Virus record (IMG/VR): IMGVR_UViG_3300042542_005279
Span: 1 to 64,000 of that record
DNA length: 64,000 bases
Strand: one strand, 5' to 3'
Origin: a virus
Under the pieces are notes generated by a model. It saw nothing but the letters and a program-made list of their open reading frames with translations, was not told the DNA's origin and ran no database searches. Shown here one piece after another: positions 1 to 9,193 of this stretch; within the stretch, counting starts at the first letter, position 1; each line of letters begins with the position of its first letter. The position numbers were made by a program, and so were the translations under genes.

Positions 1-486
1 CGCAGTTCCAATTCTTTGATTAATCATACCTTGTCCATTACATTGAACACAAGTTATTCTTTCACCTCCTTGACCTGAACATTCTCCACACTGGTGTTTT
101 CTATTATATACAATATTTTTGGGTTCAGATTTGAATGAATCAATTACTGATACATTGACATCAACCAACTTCTCGGGTGTTTGCCTTTGTCTTCTTTGAC
201 CCCCCATAGGATTTCCACCAAACATCTGAGCAAATAAATCTTCCATCGATGGGCCACCCATTCCACCCATACCGGCAAATGGATTATTTTTTTGTTGGTC
301 GTATTGTCTTCGTTTGTTATCATCACTTAACACACCATAAGCCTCAGCGATTTGTTTAAATCTTTCTTCATCCCCACCTTTATCGGGGTGATGTTCAACT
401 GCCAATTTACGATAAGCCTTTTTTATTTCCTCGGGACTTGATTGTTCTGTGACCCCTAACACATCATAATAACTCGGTTGTGACAT
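1..486 (-). CDS. dnaJ: DnaJ co-chaperone, 3' end runs off the window (absent from the ORF track)
   Basis: Manual translation from ATG at 486: [63 protein letters not shown] (J domain with HPD), then a G/M/F-rich linker and CGECSGQG...CVQCNGQG zinc-finger repeats; no stop before position 1. Confidence 0.95.
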   Translation of the reverse strand, partial: MSQPSYYDVLGVTEQSSPEEIKKAYRKLAVEHHPDKGGDEERFKQIAEAYGVLSDDNKRRQYDQQKNNPFAGMGGMGGPSMEDLFAQMFGGNPMGGQRRQRQTPEKLVDVNVSVIDSFKSEPKNIVYNRKHQCGECSGQGGERITCVQCNGQGMINQRIGTA

Positions 487-524
487 ATAGTTTACTTAAA
501 GTATTTGACTGATATTTTATTTAA

Positions 525-1178
525 ATGGAATTTAATTATATTGTTGTCATTTTCAAAAATAGAAAAAAACAAAAAATCCTCAAGAAATTTATAACTTTAG
601 AAAGAGTTAATCAATACTATAAAAATTTAGAGAAAAAATCTCGTGAGGTTATTTTTGAAAAACGTTATGAAAATGGTTATCCATGCGATTTTCAGTTGGG
701 ACTACTAAAATACGGAAAGGGGGGAACAAGTTCAATATTCATGCAAGATTATTTGGGAAGAAATATCAAAGTTGAATTTGAGGACCCTGAATATGAACTA
801 ATTAAAATGATTGACTATCGTGTTGAAGAACTAATATATGATTGTCAACAAAATAAAAGAATCAGTGTTGATAACTTTATCAAATCATATCTTACAAAAC
901 CCGGTATGAAAATGATATCCAAAATTAACAATAGGATTGTCGTTCAGTTTGATGAAAAATTCAAGTTATTCAGTTTAAAAACCGATTCGGATGCCGAAAG
1001 GTTTGTATCTGAATTATCAAATGATTTTATGTCAAAAGGTAAAATGGATTGTATCTTTGTCCAAGATTGGACATTTGAACAGAAAAAATACTTATACGAT
1101 TTTTTGGAGGCTAATGGAATATCTAAGCGGGTTCTTTATCGTCATTCGACGACATTTCCTGTAAAACCCCATCCATAA
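525..1178 (+). CDS. Hypothetical protein (217 aa), divergent from dnaJ
   Basis: Long ORF with normal composition; no recognisable motif. Confidence 0.7.
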   Translation: MEFNYIVVIFKNRKKQKILKKFITLERVNQYYKNLEKKSREVIFEKRYENGYPCDFQLGLLKYGKGGTSSIFMQDYLGRNIKVEFEDPEYELIKMIDYRVEELIYDCQQNKRISVDNFIKSYLTKPGMKMISKINNRIVVQFDEKFKLFSLKTDSDAERFVSELSNDFMSKGKMDCIFVQDWTFEQKKYLYDFLEANGISKRVLYRHSTTFPVKPHP

Positions 1179-1380
1179 GGAATATAAACTCAGTTCCTGA
1201 GATATCTATTTTGAATTTCTCACCTGACAATTCTTTTTTTAACTCACTTTGAGTTTTTCTAAATTCAGCGATTGGTAATTCAAAGATAATTGTTGCTTTA
1301 CCATTATATAAATTTTGTGATGCGTCAGCGATAAGCGCCAACTTACTTAAAAGCCCAATGTCTTCTTGATTTTCTGCCAT
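1123..1380 (-). CDS. Hypothetical protein
   Basis: Last ORF of a tightly packed - strand operon. Confidence 0.6.
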   Translation of the reverse strand: MAENQEDIGLLSKLALIADASQNLYNGKATIIFELPIAEFRKTQSELKKELSGEKFKIDISGTEFIFLMDGVLQEMSSNDDKEPA

Positions 1381-1550
1381 AGTGATAGTTTTATCTCGTC
1401 TGAATTTTTAATATCTCCTTTACGAAAATTTCTGATTTCTTCAATAAATTTTCTTTTGTCTGCTAATAACTCGGCAGCATCTTTTTGTTTTTCTTTTTCC
1501 AACCAAGTTAATAAGTTCTCGTTATTCTGATTCTGTGAGCTCATCGTCAA
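1347..1550 (-). CDS. Hypothetical protein with amphipathic C-terminus (SLWQKIKKTLGF); start may be 1544
   Basis: Overlapping operon arrangement. Confidence 0.6.
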   Translation of the reverse strand: MTMSSQNQNNENLLTWLEKEKQKDAAELLADKRKFIEEIRNFRKGDIKNSDEIKLSLWQKIKKTLGF

Positions 1551-1929
1551 GTGCTAACTTTTTCTCGGTTATTTCAAAACTTAGATTCTTTAAGTTATCC
1601 AAATTTTGTTTATCAAAAATTTGTTTTAGTTCAGACACCTTAGATTCAAAGAGTTTTTCTTTTTCTTCTCTTTCCTTATTGTATTTGATAACACCATTCA
1701 AATTAATCAAAGTATCTTCAACAAGTTTCTCTTCAAAAACTGTTACAAATGAAAAACATCTATGGTCTTTAATTGTTGCCTCGTTTTCTACAACAGAGTT
1801 TTCTGGTACATATTTTTTTGGTAACTTCCAAGTAATTGGAAAATTAACATCAATTGACAAATAGTTTTTGAGTTTTCTTACGCTTTGTAAGTAGGGTTGA
1901 ATTAACGCTAACTCTTGATAAAAGGTCAT
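1522..1929 (-). CDS. Hypothetical protein with C-terminal coiled coil
   Basis: TAATG coupling to the upstream ORF at 1929. Confidence 0.7.
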   Translation of the reverse strand: MTFYQELALIQPYLQSVRKLKNYLSIDVNFPITWKLPKKYVPENSVVENEATIKDHRCFSFVTVFEEKLVEDTLINLNGVIKYNKEREEKEKLFESKVSELKQIFDKQNLDNLKNLSFEITEKKLALDDELTESE

Positions 1930-2120
1930 TATAAAGTTTGTATTAAATAAGTTAATATGTATGTTAAGGATAGTCCTTGAAATAAAAGTGAGGTGTCACT
2001 TTTGAAAATCGGTTGGGGATTTTTTTGTGACACCGCACTTATCACCTTTACGATAGTTTTGATAATCGTTAAAGATGTGAAAATAAATATAAATAAAAAT
2101 AAAGTATCTATATTAAGCAT
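1929..2120 (-). CDS. Small membrane protein with two predicted transmembrane segments
   Basis: Hydrophobic LFLFIFIFTSLTII and LLFQGLSLTYILTYLI. Confidence 0.65.
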   Translation of the reverse strand: MLNIDTLFLFIFIFTSLTIIKTIVKVISAVSQKNPQPIFKSDTSLLFQGLSLTYILTYLIQTL

Positions 2121-2295
2121 TTTCTGATTTTTTTCTTTCTTCTAGAATTTCTTTTCTAAAGTTCTGAAGGAGTTCTTTCAACTCTTGAGCAGTTCCACGT
2201 GCTCTTGTACCAGCGCTTTTATTTCCTTTGTAAAATTTACCTGCGTCGATTGAAAGTGACTCTGTCAATTCTTTAATTTTTTCGATTGTTTCCAT
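2113..2295 (-). CDS. Histone H1-like Hc1 family DNA-binding protein
   Basis: KFYKGNKSAGTRAR...LKELLQNFRKEI matches the short Hc1 signature GNK(A/S)AGTRAR. Confidence 0.85.
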   Translation of the reverse strand: METIEKIKELTESLSIDAGKFYKGNKSAGTRARGTAQELKELLQNFRKEILEERKKSENA

Positions 2296-2366
2296 GTTAA
2301 ATGTAATTCAAAAATGTTTATTAGTAAAATAAAAATAGTGTTAGAGAAGTGTTAGTAAAGGTTTTT

Positions 2367-2834
2367 TTATTTTTTAAGGTTTTTATCGAGAGATTTATAT
2401 AAATCAGTTAACATATCAAGGTCAGATTTTGTGAATGGTTTTTTCAAATCAAATAGTTCCTCAAAGAATGTTTTAATTTGTTTTTTGATTTTTTCATCCT
2501 TCTGTTTGTAAAAAACTTCATCAAAAAAAGATTTGAAATGTTCAAAATGTTCGCCCTTATAAAAGAATTTCAGATTTTCTTTTCCGAAATTATCTATTGT
2601 TTTTTTCCAGCACCACTCAAAGTGTTTGTCGTTATCCTCTTGACTCATATCAATATCTCCCTCACTATTTTCAGTGTGTTCTCCAAGATATGTATCTAAG
2701 ATTAATTCATGTAATGACTTCGCAAAGTCATAATATAATTCCACTTTTTCGGGAATAATATTATTCATGTCAAGCCATACTTGAACATCTTCGGGATTAA
2801 CGGGTTTTGATATGTAATTAAAAAAATTCTCCAT
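2367..2834 (-). CDS. Hypothetical protein (155 aa)
   Basis: Clean ORF; start codon lies inside a hairpin. Confidence 0.75.
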   Translation of the reverse strand: MENFFNYISKPVNPEDVQVWLDMNNIIPEKVELYYDFAKSLHELILDTYLGEHTENSEGDIDMSQEDNDKHFEWCWKKTIDNFGKENLKFFYKGEHFEHFKSFFDEVFYKQKDEKIKKQIKTFFEELFDLKKPFTKSDLDMLTDLYKSLDKNLKK

Positions 2835-2857
2835 AGGGAACTTGTCCTATGGAGAAT
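2821..2857 (-). terminator. Intrinsic terminator overlapping the start codon of 2367..2834
   Basis: Perfect 12-bp inverted repeat ATTCTCCATAGG (2826-2837) / CCTATGGAGAAT (2846-2857), followed by a U-run on the - strand. Confidence 0.7.
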
Positions 2858-2884
2858 ATAATATTATAATATAATATGTGAATA

Positions 2885-4105
2885 TTACTGTGTCTTTTTG
2901 TTATAACCTAACAAATGGTTCATCTTTTGAATTTCCTCTTTAAGAACTTTTTCATTCTTATCCTCTTTTGATTCTAATGCTTGGAATATTCTTGCCACGT
3001 CTTTTTCATCTTCGTTATCTTTTTTAGAATCATAAACAGGTTGTGGTTGTCTATTGTAACTTTCTTTTTTCTTCAAAATACCAAGTAAATTTCTTTTTCT
3101 GACTTTGTTTCTTTTCTTGTTAACGTCAGTTTCAACCGCATTTGCCCACTTTGGGTTATTCCCCGCTTTTGATGAACCTTCCATGTACTCGTCCATTTTT
3201 TCTTCGTTTGGATGGATTTCATCGAATACTAGATTTTCCAATCCTACTGATGAAAAATTTTCAATATATTCTTCAACTTCTTTTGTTGGTTTGTAAGTTT
3301 TCTTTTTCATTTCACCAAGTTCTCCGTTACCTTTTGGAAAAATTTTTGGTTCAAAATCAAAATCTCCTTTGGAGCCGTCTTTGAGATAATCCTTCATTTT
3401 TTTGGTAACCGATTCGATATAGTCCTCATTTTCATCTTTTGACTTACCTAAACTTTTCTTTGTTGTTGAAATGCCAGGATGACTTGATTGTTTTTTGATG
3501 TTGTCTTTTTCTTCTTTAACGATTTTTTCAATCAAATCAATCATTTCTTCTTCGGTTAATTTGATTGATTCTTTAACTGATTTTTTACCGTCGAGTTTTA
3601 CACCTCTACCCATAAGGATATCTTTACGGGTTACTTTACCGTCACCACTCAAATCAGGAAATTTTTTACCTTCTTTTGTTTCTTTTTTGCTGCGAAGAAT
3701 TTTGAAATCTTCTTTATCTATACGATTATTTTTGTTCTTGTCTAAATGTCTTTTTTGTTTGTCAGATAACTCTTCGGTCATTTCGCTGTGGTATCTTTTG
3801 TGTGCCTCACAAGCCTGTTTGCTATATTCCTCGCTTTCTTCGTTACAAACTCTTTCCAATTTTTCAGATGGGTCAAAATCGCTTTCCATATCCATTTCAT
3901 GGATACTTTCCATTTTATATCCACATTCTGAACATTCACCTTCACTCATCATGCTACCACATTGTTCGCAGGTCTCCCCCTCCATTTCATCAGATTCTTC
4001 AACGTTCGATTTTATTTTTTCAATTATTTCATCCGCCTTTTCTTCCAATGATTCACGAAGAACTTTATTAACAACTGAGTCGATATAGTTTTTTAATGTT
4101 TTCAT
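2885..4105 (-). CDS. Acidic modular protein (CxxC pairs, two EF-hand-like loops); candidate internal head protein
   Basis: CEQC...CSECG; DKNKNNRIDKED; DLSGDGKVTRKD; IKLTEEEMIDLIEKIVKEE; TATTTATA 12 nt upstream. Confidence 0.6.
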   Translation of the reverse strand: MKTLKNYIDSVVNKVLRESLEEKADEIIEKIKSNVEESDEMEGETCEQCGSMMSEGECSECGYKMESIHEMDMESDFDPSEKLERVCNEESEEYSKQACEAHKRYHSEMTEELSDKQKRHLDKNKNNRIDKEDFKILRSKKETKEGKKFPDLSGDGKVTRKDILMGRGVKLDGKKSVKESIKLTEEEMIDLIEKIVKEEKDNIKKQSSHPGISTTKKSLGKSKDENEDYIESVTKKMKDYLKDGSKGDFDFEPKIFPKGNGELGEMKKKTYKPTKEVEEYIENFSSVGLENLVFDEIHPNEEKMDEYMEGSSKAGNNPKWANAVETDVNKKRNKVRKRNLLGILKKKESYNRQPQPVYDSKKDNEDEKDVARIFQALESKEDKNEKVLKEEIQKMNHLLGYNKKTQ

Positions 4106-4128
4106 AATTTTTTTTATTATAAATATCT

Positions 4129-5130
4129 TTATTTTTTGTTATTTCTAAATATCTGCATTTCATAAGATAAAATGTTTTTAATTACATTCTCATCTATTTT
4201 GTGTTTTTTTGATATATTCTTGATGACTTCTTGAATTCTTTCGTTTTCAAAAATATTCAACGCTTTTATATCCCCTTGATTGCAATAAGGAAATTTTTGA
4301 CATTTCTTTTTTACCTCAACAAATTTTCCACCCGGTAGTTGTGTTTTTCTTGCACCTCTCCAATTTTTTTTGGTTGAGGTTTTCGCCCAAACTTGGGGTC
4401 CCACATATGCACCTGCCGATGATGCTCCAGTCGCTTCTTTTGTTTCAGTTTTAGTTATTTCACCACCTTGTTGAATCTTGATTTTTCTTATTGACTCTAT
4501 GTCACCGTCTGTAACTCTTATATAATCTACTACATCTTCATCTACTTTATCCGCCAAGTCATTTTCCTTGTAATTATATTTATTATCTAATCTTTTTCTA
4601 TCATTAATTCTGATAATTTTAAATTGTTCAGGATTTTTTTTAACTAACCAATATGGGATTTTTATAAATTTGAAACCTTTAAAACCTGTATCGTCATCTA
4701 ATATTGTAACTTGTGACTTAGGTAATCTGAATTTGTGTATCTTAATTTTATATGACTTTTTTTTGTCAAAAAACATTCTATTTTCGTTTTTAATTTCTTG
4801 AATGTTTAATACCTCAATGACTTTTTCAGATGAGTCATCAATTATTTTGTAAGCGGCGGTAAAACTATTGTCGTTTGAATCGAATTTTGATTTGTAGAAT
4901 GTTAAATCGGATGTTTGTTCATCCTGTTCTTTCATATCACCGAATAGAGGTGCGGTGTAACCACCAGCTGATGAGGCCCCTGTTGCTTCTATTTTTTCTG
5001 ATTCAGGTAGGTCTGATGGAAAACTATTCAAAGCATTACTTACCATGGCACTTGATTGAGCATCTGTAATTTTAGATGCTAATTTGTCATTCAAATTTTG
5101 TTTCATTTTTTTTCCAAGTGTATTTTCCAT
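4129..5130 (-). CDS. Hypothetical protein with duplicated EATGASSAGxY motif and a C-terminal CxxFPYCNQG motif
   Basis: Two motif copies flank a ~165 aa insert. Confidence 0.7.
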   Translation of the reverse strand: MENTLGKKMKQNLNDKLASKITDAQSSAMVSNALNSFPSDLPESEKIEATGASSAGGYTAPLFGDMKEQDEQTSDLTFYKSKFDSNDNSFTAAYKIIDDSSEKVIEVLNIQEIKNENRMFFDKKKSYKIKIHKFRLPKSQVTILDDDTGFKGFKFIKIPYWLVKKNPEQFKIIRINDRKRLDNKYNYKENDLADKVDEDVVDYIRVTDGDIESIRKIKIQQGGEITKTETKEATGASSAGAYVGPQVWAKTSTKKNWRGARKTQLPGGKFVEVKKKCQKFPYCNQGDIKALNIFENERIQEVIKNISKKHKIDENVIKNILSYEMQIFRNNKK

Positions 5131-5131
5131 A

Positions 5132-5377
5132 TTAAGCCCTCCTTACTCTTCCTTCCCAAGTACCTCTTTGTGTCCAAAGAAACTGATAAAATTCAGACAT
5201 ACTTCTTACGATGAGTTCTTTTACATCACCTTCTAGTTTACCCCTTTTTATTTCTTTTGATATTTCATCAATAAGTTTGTTCTCAAATTGATTTATGGTT
5301 TGAGACCCTAAGAAATCTTTTATTTCTTTTCTTATCAATGTTTCAATTTCTTTTTTTTCTGACGAAGATAATGACAT
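5132..5377 (-). CDS. Hypothetical helical protein
   Basis: 1-nt gaps to both neighbours. Confidence 0.7.
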   Translation of the reverse strand: MSLSSSEKKEIETLIRKEIKDFLGSQTINQFENKLIDEISKEIKRGKLEGDVKELIVRSMSEFYQFLWTQRGTWEGRVRRA

Positions 5378-5378
5378 C

Positions 5379-6005
5379 TTATTTTTTCAATTTTATTTTC
5401 CAATAAACACTTCCCATCACAGATGGTTGCCCGTTGGAGTTTATTCCGAGACCTAATCCAAAGATTTTGTCTTTTTTGTCTTTATATAATAAACTCAATC
5501 CTCCGTAGTTGATGATATCTTTTTTATCAAACCCAAATTGTGGTCCTATAAAAACTTGACGTTTTGGTAATTCTTTCAAAAACAAAGTATCATTAATTAC
5601 CCTTTCCGTGATTGATGACTCATAAAGTCTGGCAAATATTTTGTTCTCAGTTATAGTGTCTTTTATAATTACAAATGATTTTTGTCCCAAATCGATGGTG
5701 TCTATATAAAATCTTTTTGCGAAGTAATCTTTTAATATAAGTTGAGTATCTACAACCGAAGGAATATAAACAGGAACCTCGACTTTAACTTTGATTTTTT
5801 TTCCTTCTTTGTAAATTATTGAATCTCTTTTTATATAGGTAGTATCTCTTCTACTATCAACCACTTCATATTTCTTTCCTTTTATTTTTACAATTTCACC
5901 TTTTGTTTCTTCTTTTTCACCATCACACATTCTTAAAAGCAATATTATGATTATCAATCCGATAATCATTAAAGTTTTAAAATCTAGTTTGGCTTCGAAT
6001 TTCAT
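5379..6005 (-). CDS. Membrane-anchored/lipoprotein-like protein (spanin-like or outer-membrane associated)
   Basis: LMIIGLIIIILLLRMC signal-like segment; DT-rich stalk; C-terminal amphipathic beta strands. Confidence 0.55.
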   Translation of the reverse strand: MKFEAKLDFKTLMIIGLIIIILLLRMCDGEKEETKGEIVKIKGKKYEVVDSRRDTTYIKRDSIIYKEGKKIKVKVEVPVYIPSVVDTQLILKDYFAKRFYIDTIDLGQKSFVIIKDTITENKIFARLYESSITERVINDTLFLKELPKRQVFIGPQFGFDKKDIINYGGLSLLYKDKKDKIFGLGLGINSNGQPSVMGSVYWKIKLKK

Positions 6006-6631
6006 TGTTCTTCTTCTTTTGGTTCGTTATCTGTGCGTTTTCTTTGAGCAATAATCTTAGCCCATTTTGATTTGAATTTTTCGTAATAACTTCTTAAATT
6101 ATCAATCATTTGGTCGAAATCATCATCAACTTTAACCATTTCACTATCAACATAAACACCATTAGTTTCACCTACACGGTAGATGAAATCCAAATCAAAT
6201 TCAATCAACTTTCCTGACCACTCAATACTATCTTGATATACGTTAAGAGCATTGAAATCGGCCATGTCTGAAACTTCATTAACAAACTCATCCATTGTTT
6301 CTTGAAAAGATTGTTTTTCTAATGTTGTTATTTGTAACTCCTTTTGGTCTTTACCATGCATAGTTAATACACCACCTGAGATTCTGTAAGATTGTTTCTT
6401 ATCTGATTTTTTTTCAGTTTCAAATTCAATTTCAGTTTCTACAGATGTTGGAACATTTACTCTTTGGGTTATTTCCTCACCAGTATCAACATCTTTAAAT
6501 TTTTGTTGCTCGGAAATAATCCCATATCTTTTTTTAATATTTCTGATATCTTCATTAATGCTTTTATTTCCGGAATACAACATATTCCTTGATGCTTTAA
6601 GAAGATTTTTTATTTCATCGTGTTTATCCAT
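6002..6631 (-). CDS. Hypothetical protein
   Basis: ATGA-coupled to the downstream gene. Confidence 0.7.
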   Translation of the reverse strand: MDKHDEIKNLLKASRNMLYSGNKSINEDIRNIKKRYGIISEQQKFKDVDTGEEITQRVNVPTSVETEIEFETEKKSDKKQSYRISGGVLTMHGKDQKELQITTLEKQSFQETMDEFVNEVSDMADFNALNVYQDSIEWSGKLIEFDLDFIYRVGETNGVYVDSEMVKVDDDFDQMIDNLRSYYEKFKSKWAKIIAQRKRTDNEPKEEEQ

Positions 6632-7220
6632 GTTCTATTAAATTATTAAATTTTTCAAAATCGAAAGCAGGGCTTACATCAGTAAATATCGCGTCGAAGT
6701 TGCTTTTTGTAACAATACCTTCGAATTTTTCAATTCCTGTGAATTTTGTGTTATGTCCGATTGTTTTTTTATCAATTTTTAGTTCATCACAAATTTTGTG
6801 ACATAAAAAAGACAACCTATCATACTGAATATCTGTATAAGGTTGCCAAAAAAAATAATCTCTCCATTTTTTTTCTACAATAGGACCTTTGTAGATGTTA
6901 CTAATCCAATTACGATAATGGTCTTTGAGAGGTTCTTTGTCAATCCAACCAAGGTTTTCTAATGAAATTATAACACCATTACGATTTATGTTGTCATCTT
7001 TGAAGAAATTAGTGTGTCCGATATCAGGTAACAATTTCAATATTGTGCCCTCTCTTGAGATAACATAATTCGGAATCCTGTCAAATCTTGTGTTGTGTCT
7101 GTGTTTTAATGATGCAAGATACTCACCAACATCTCTTGAGGTGTGACACAGGATTATTTGTTTTTTCTTTTTTTGTTTTCCTGTCGTTTTGAAATCTCCA
7201 TAATCTATTATTTCAGACAT
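6624..7220 (-). CDS. N-acetylmuramoyl-L-alanine amidase (Amidase_2-like), probable endolysin
   Basis: QIILCHT, YVISREG, ISLEN, YTDIQY, IGHN and DVSP occur in Amidase_2 order. Confidence 0.75.
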   Translation of the reverse strand: MSEIIDYGDFKTTGKQKKKKQIILCHTSRDVGEYLASLKHRHNTRFDRIPNYVISREGTILKLLPDIGHTNFFKDDNINRNGVIISLENLGWIDKEPLKDHYRNWISNIYKGPIVEKKWRDYFFWQPYTDIQYDRLSFLCHKICDELKIDKKTIGHNTKFTGIEKFEGIVTKSNFDAIFTDVSPAFDFEKFNNLIEHG

Positions 7221-8088
7221 TACGTTTTGTGTAAGTTAATCTCTTTATGCCAGAATCATCGGCTAACTTATCTCTAAGTTCTTCTACCGTTTGGTCCTCT
7301 ACAATTAACTCATCGTTTGTTGGTTCTTCAACCACTTCATCAATGTACAAAGGTTCTTCAATAATTATTTTTTCTTCACTTAAAATTTCTTTAGGTTCCT
7401 CTAAAATTACTTCTTTTGGTTGTAATATTTCTTCGTTCTTTTGTTCAGTTTCAACTTGGTTACCAAATTTTTTACTTTGTATTTCCTTCAAATATTCGTC
7501 AAGTTTTTGAACATCTGTTGGTGAGATATTGATTTCTTCTTCTTTTTTGTTTTCTCTCTCGATTATACCTGCTTTACGAGATAAATCCTCGATGTCTATA
7601 ACTGGTACAGGTTTTGTTTCGTTTTCTCTGTTTGAATAAACGACCAACATGTGAGCAAATGTCAAAGATATGATTGGTAATAATCCACCACTGAATAGTG
7701 CTAAGATAAGTTTGTGAGTTGGTACATCAGTTATTTCAACCCCCATTGGTTCAAAAAGTGGTCCTGCCATTTCCATCCATTGTTTGAATATTTCGGATGA
7801 CTCTTCTATGAATGAGAATGAAAAAAATAAATTACCAACAAACTGAATAAATGTTACTAATATGAATGGGAAATAAATAAACTTTCCAAGTTTAACCGAT
7901 ACACCTGCAAGTGCTGATAGGGCCGCAATCTCAACCGCAATGGAGAGATAAACAGCCCAAGCAAATGGGTTTGATATACCATAAAATGAGGTGACATGTG
8001 ATATTGACACGAAAGCCACCAATAAAATTGGAATAACAAACGCAGTAACGATTATACTTTTAAGATTTCTTTGAACCCAGTTTTTCAT
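7213..8088 (-). CDS. Four-TM membrane protein (DUF2637-like) with acidic tail; holin candidate by position
   Basis: Four hydrophobic helices, VSISHV motif, directly upstream of the amidase. Confidence 0.55.
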   Translation of the reverse strand: MKNWVQRNLKSIIVTAFVIPILLVAFVSISHVTSFYGISNPFAWAVYLSIAVEIAALSALAGVSVKLGKFIYFPFILVTFIQFVGNLFFSFSFIEESSEIFKQWMEMAGPLFEPMGVEITDVPTHKLILALFSGGLLPIISLTFAHMLVVYSNRENETKPVPVIDIEDLSRKAGIIERENKKEEEINISPTDVQKLDEYLKEIQSKKFGNQVETEQKNEEILQPKEVILEEPKEILSEEKIIIEEPLYIDEVVEEPTNDELIVEDQTVEELRDKLADDSGIKRLTYTKRNV

Positions 8089-8363
8089 TATTTGTCCATA
8101 TTTTTATAGTAATTAATCGGAACTTTGTTTTTATCCGATAATTCTTCGATTTCCAAAGTTTTCCAATTAGGCGTTTCTTTGATAATTCTTACCATGTCTT
8201 TTTCTTTGATGGATGTAGAATCCAAAACATGAACTTGTTTTTGTAGACCATTTAGGTTTTTTTCGATTCTTGTCAATTCACTTGCCGTTCCACATGTTCT
8301 CAAAAATGTGAATAGACATAGGATTAGAATTGCAAGGGTAAAATACTTTTGATACTTTTCCAT
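8088..8363 (-). CDS. Small lipoprotein-like coiled-coil protein
   Basis: FTLAILILCLFTFLRTCG signal/lipobox-like N-terminus. Confidence 0.6.
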   Translation of the reverse strand: MEKYQKYFTLAILILCLFTFLRTCGTASELTRIEKNLNGLQKQVHVLDSTSIKEKDMVRIIKETPNWKTLEIEELSDKNKVPINYYKNMDK

Positions 8364-8392
8364 AGTTTTTCTTATAAATATTTTAATTTTTG

Positions 8393-9193
8393 TTAAATGT
8401 AGTCAAATAACTCTGAACTTTCATTTCTTAACTTACGAAGAGCCTTCTCTTTAATTTGACGAACACGTTCTTTTGTAAGGTTAAAATCCACACCAATGTC
8501 CTCTAAAGTCCTTGGAGTACCAGATAATCCGAAATAATCCTCGACAATTGTTCTTTCTCGTTCATCCAAAATTCCCAAGACATTCATAAGTTTTTGTTTC
8601 AACTTATCTTTGGTATTGAATACTTCGTCAGGCATCGTAACGTTGTCGTTAACAATTACATCAATTAATGTGTCGCCATCTTCGTTGATTTCATCATTCA
8701 AATTAACCATTGATGGTAACGATGTAAATTTCTCGGGAAGTTGTTTACCGTTATTTTCAATCTCCTTCTTTGCTCTTTGTAAATCTTGGACAACATTAAC
8801 CGGAAGACGAATGGTCCTTGCGTTCTCATTAAGAGATTGTAAAATACATTGACGAACCCACCATACGGCATAAGATATAAATCGTAGGTTTTTACTCCAA
8901 TCAAAGTTTTCAATCGCTTTGATAAGTCCCAAGTTACCTTCGGCAATTAAATCAGGAAAATCCAAACCTTGATTTTGATATTGTTTTGCAACCGTGATAA
9001 CGAACCTTAAATTACCTTCAACAAGTTCTTTGTTTATCTTAGCTTGTTGTTCGGATGTTAGATTACCGGATGAGATTAGTTTTGCGAGTTCTTTTTCTCG
9101 CTCGGGGGTCATAACCTTAATCTTTCTCAAATCTTTGAGATAAGATTGGATTTCCTCTTGATTAATCGGTAGTGATGTGTTTTTCTCTTTCAT
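8393..9193 (-). CDS. rpoD: RNA polymerase sigma-70 factor, Bacteroidota RpoD/SigA-like
   Basis: Region 1.2 SYLKDL; region 2 NLRFVITVAKQYQNQGL...DLIAEGNLGL...FISYAVWWVRQ; RTIRLPVN; region 4 TLEDIG...LTKERVRQIKEKALRKLR. Confidence 0.93.
   Translation of the reverse strand: MKEKNTSLPINQEEIQSYLKDLRKIKVMTPEREKELAKLISSGNLTSEQQAKINKELVEGNLRFVITVAKQYQNQGLDFPDLIAEGNLGLIKAIENFDWSKNLRFISYAVWWVRQCILQSLNENARTIRLPVNVVQDLQRAKKEIENNGKQLPEKFTSLPSMVNLNDEINEDGDTLIDVIVNDNVTMPDEVFNTKDKLKQKLMNVLGILDERERTIVEDYFGLSGTPRTLEDIGVDFNLTKERVRQIKEKALRKLRNESSELFDYI

Noticed and set aside
144-326. 60-aa ORF from the track
   Set aside because: Out-of-frame overlap inside dnaJ (1..486)
3495-4088. Long antisense ORFs (also 1535..1864, 11149..11478, 51702..52310 and similar)
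   Set aside because: Ser/Phe/Leu-rich shadows of Glu/Lys-rich genes on the other strand
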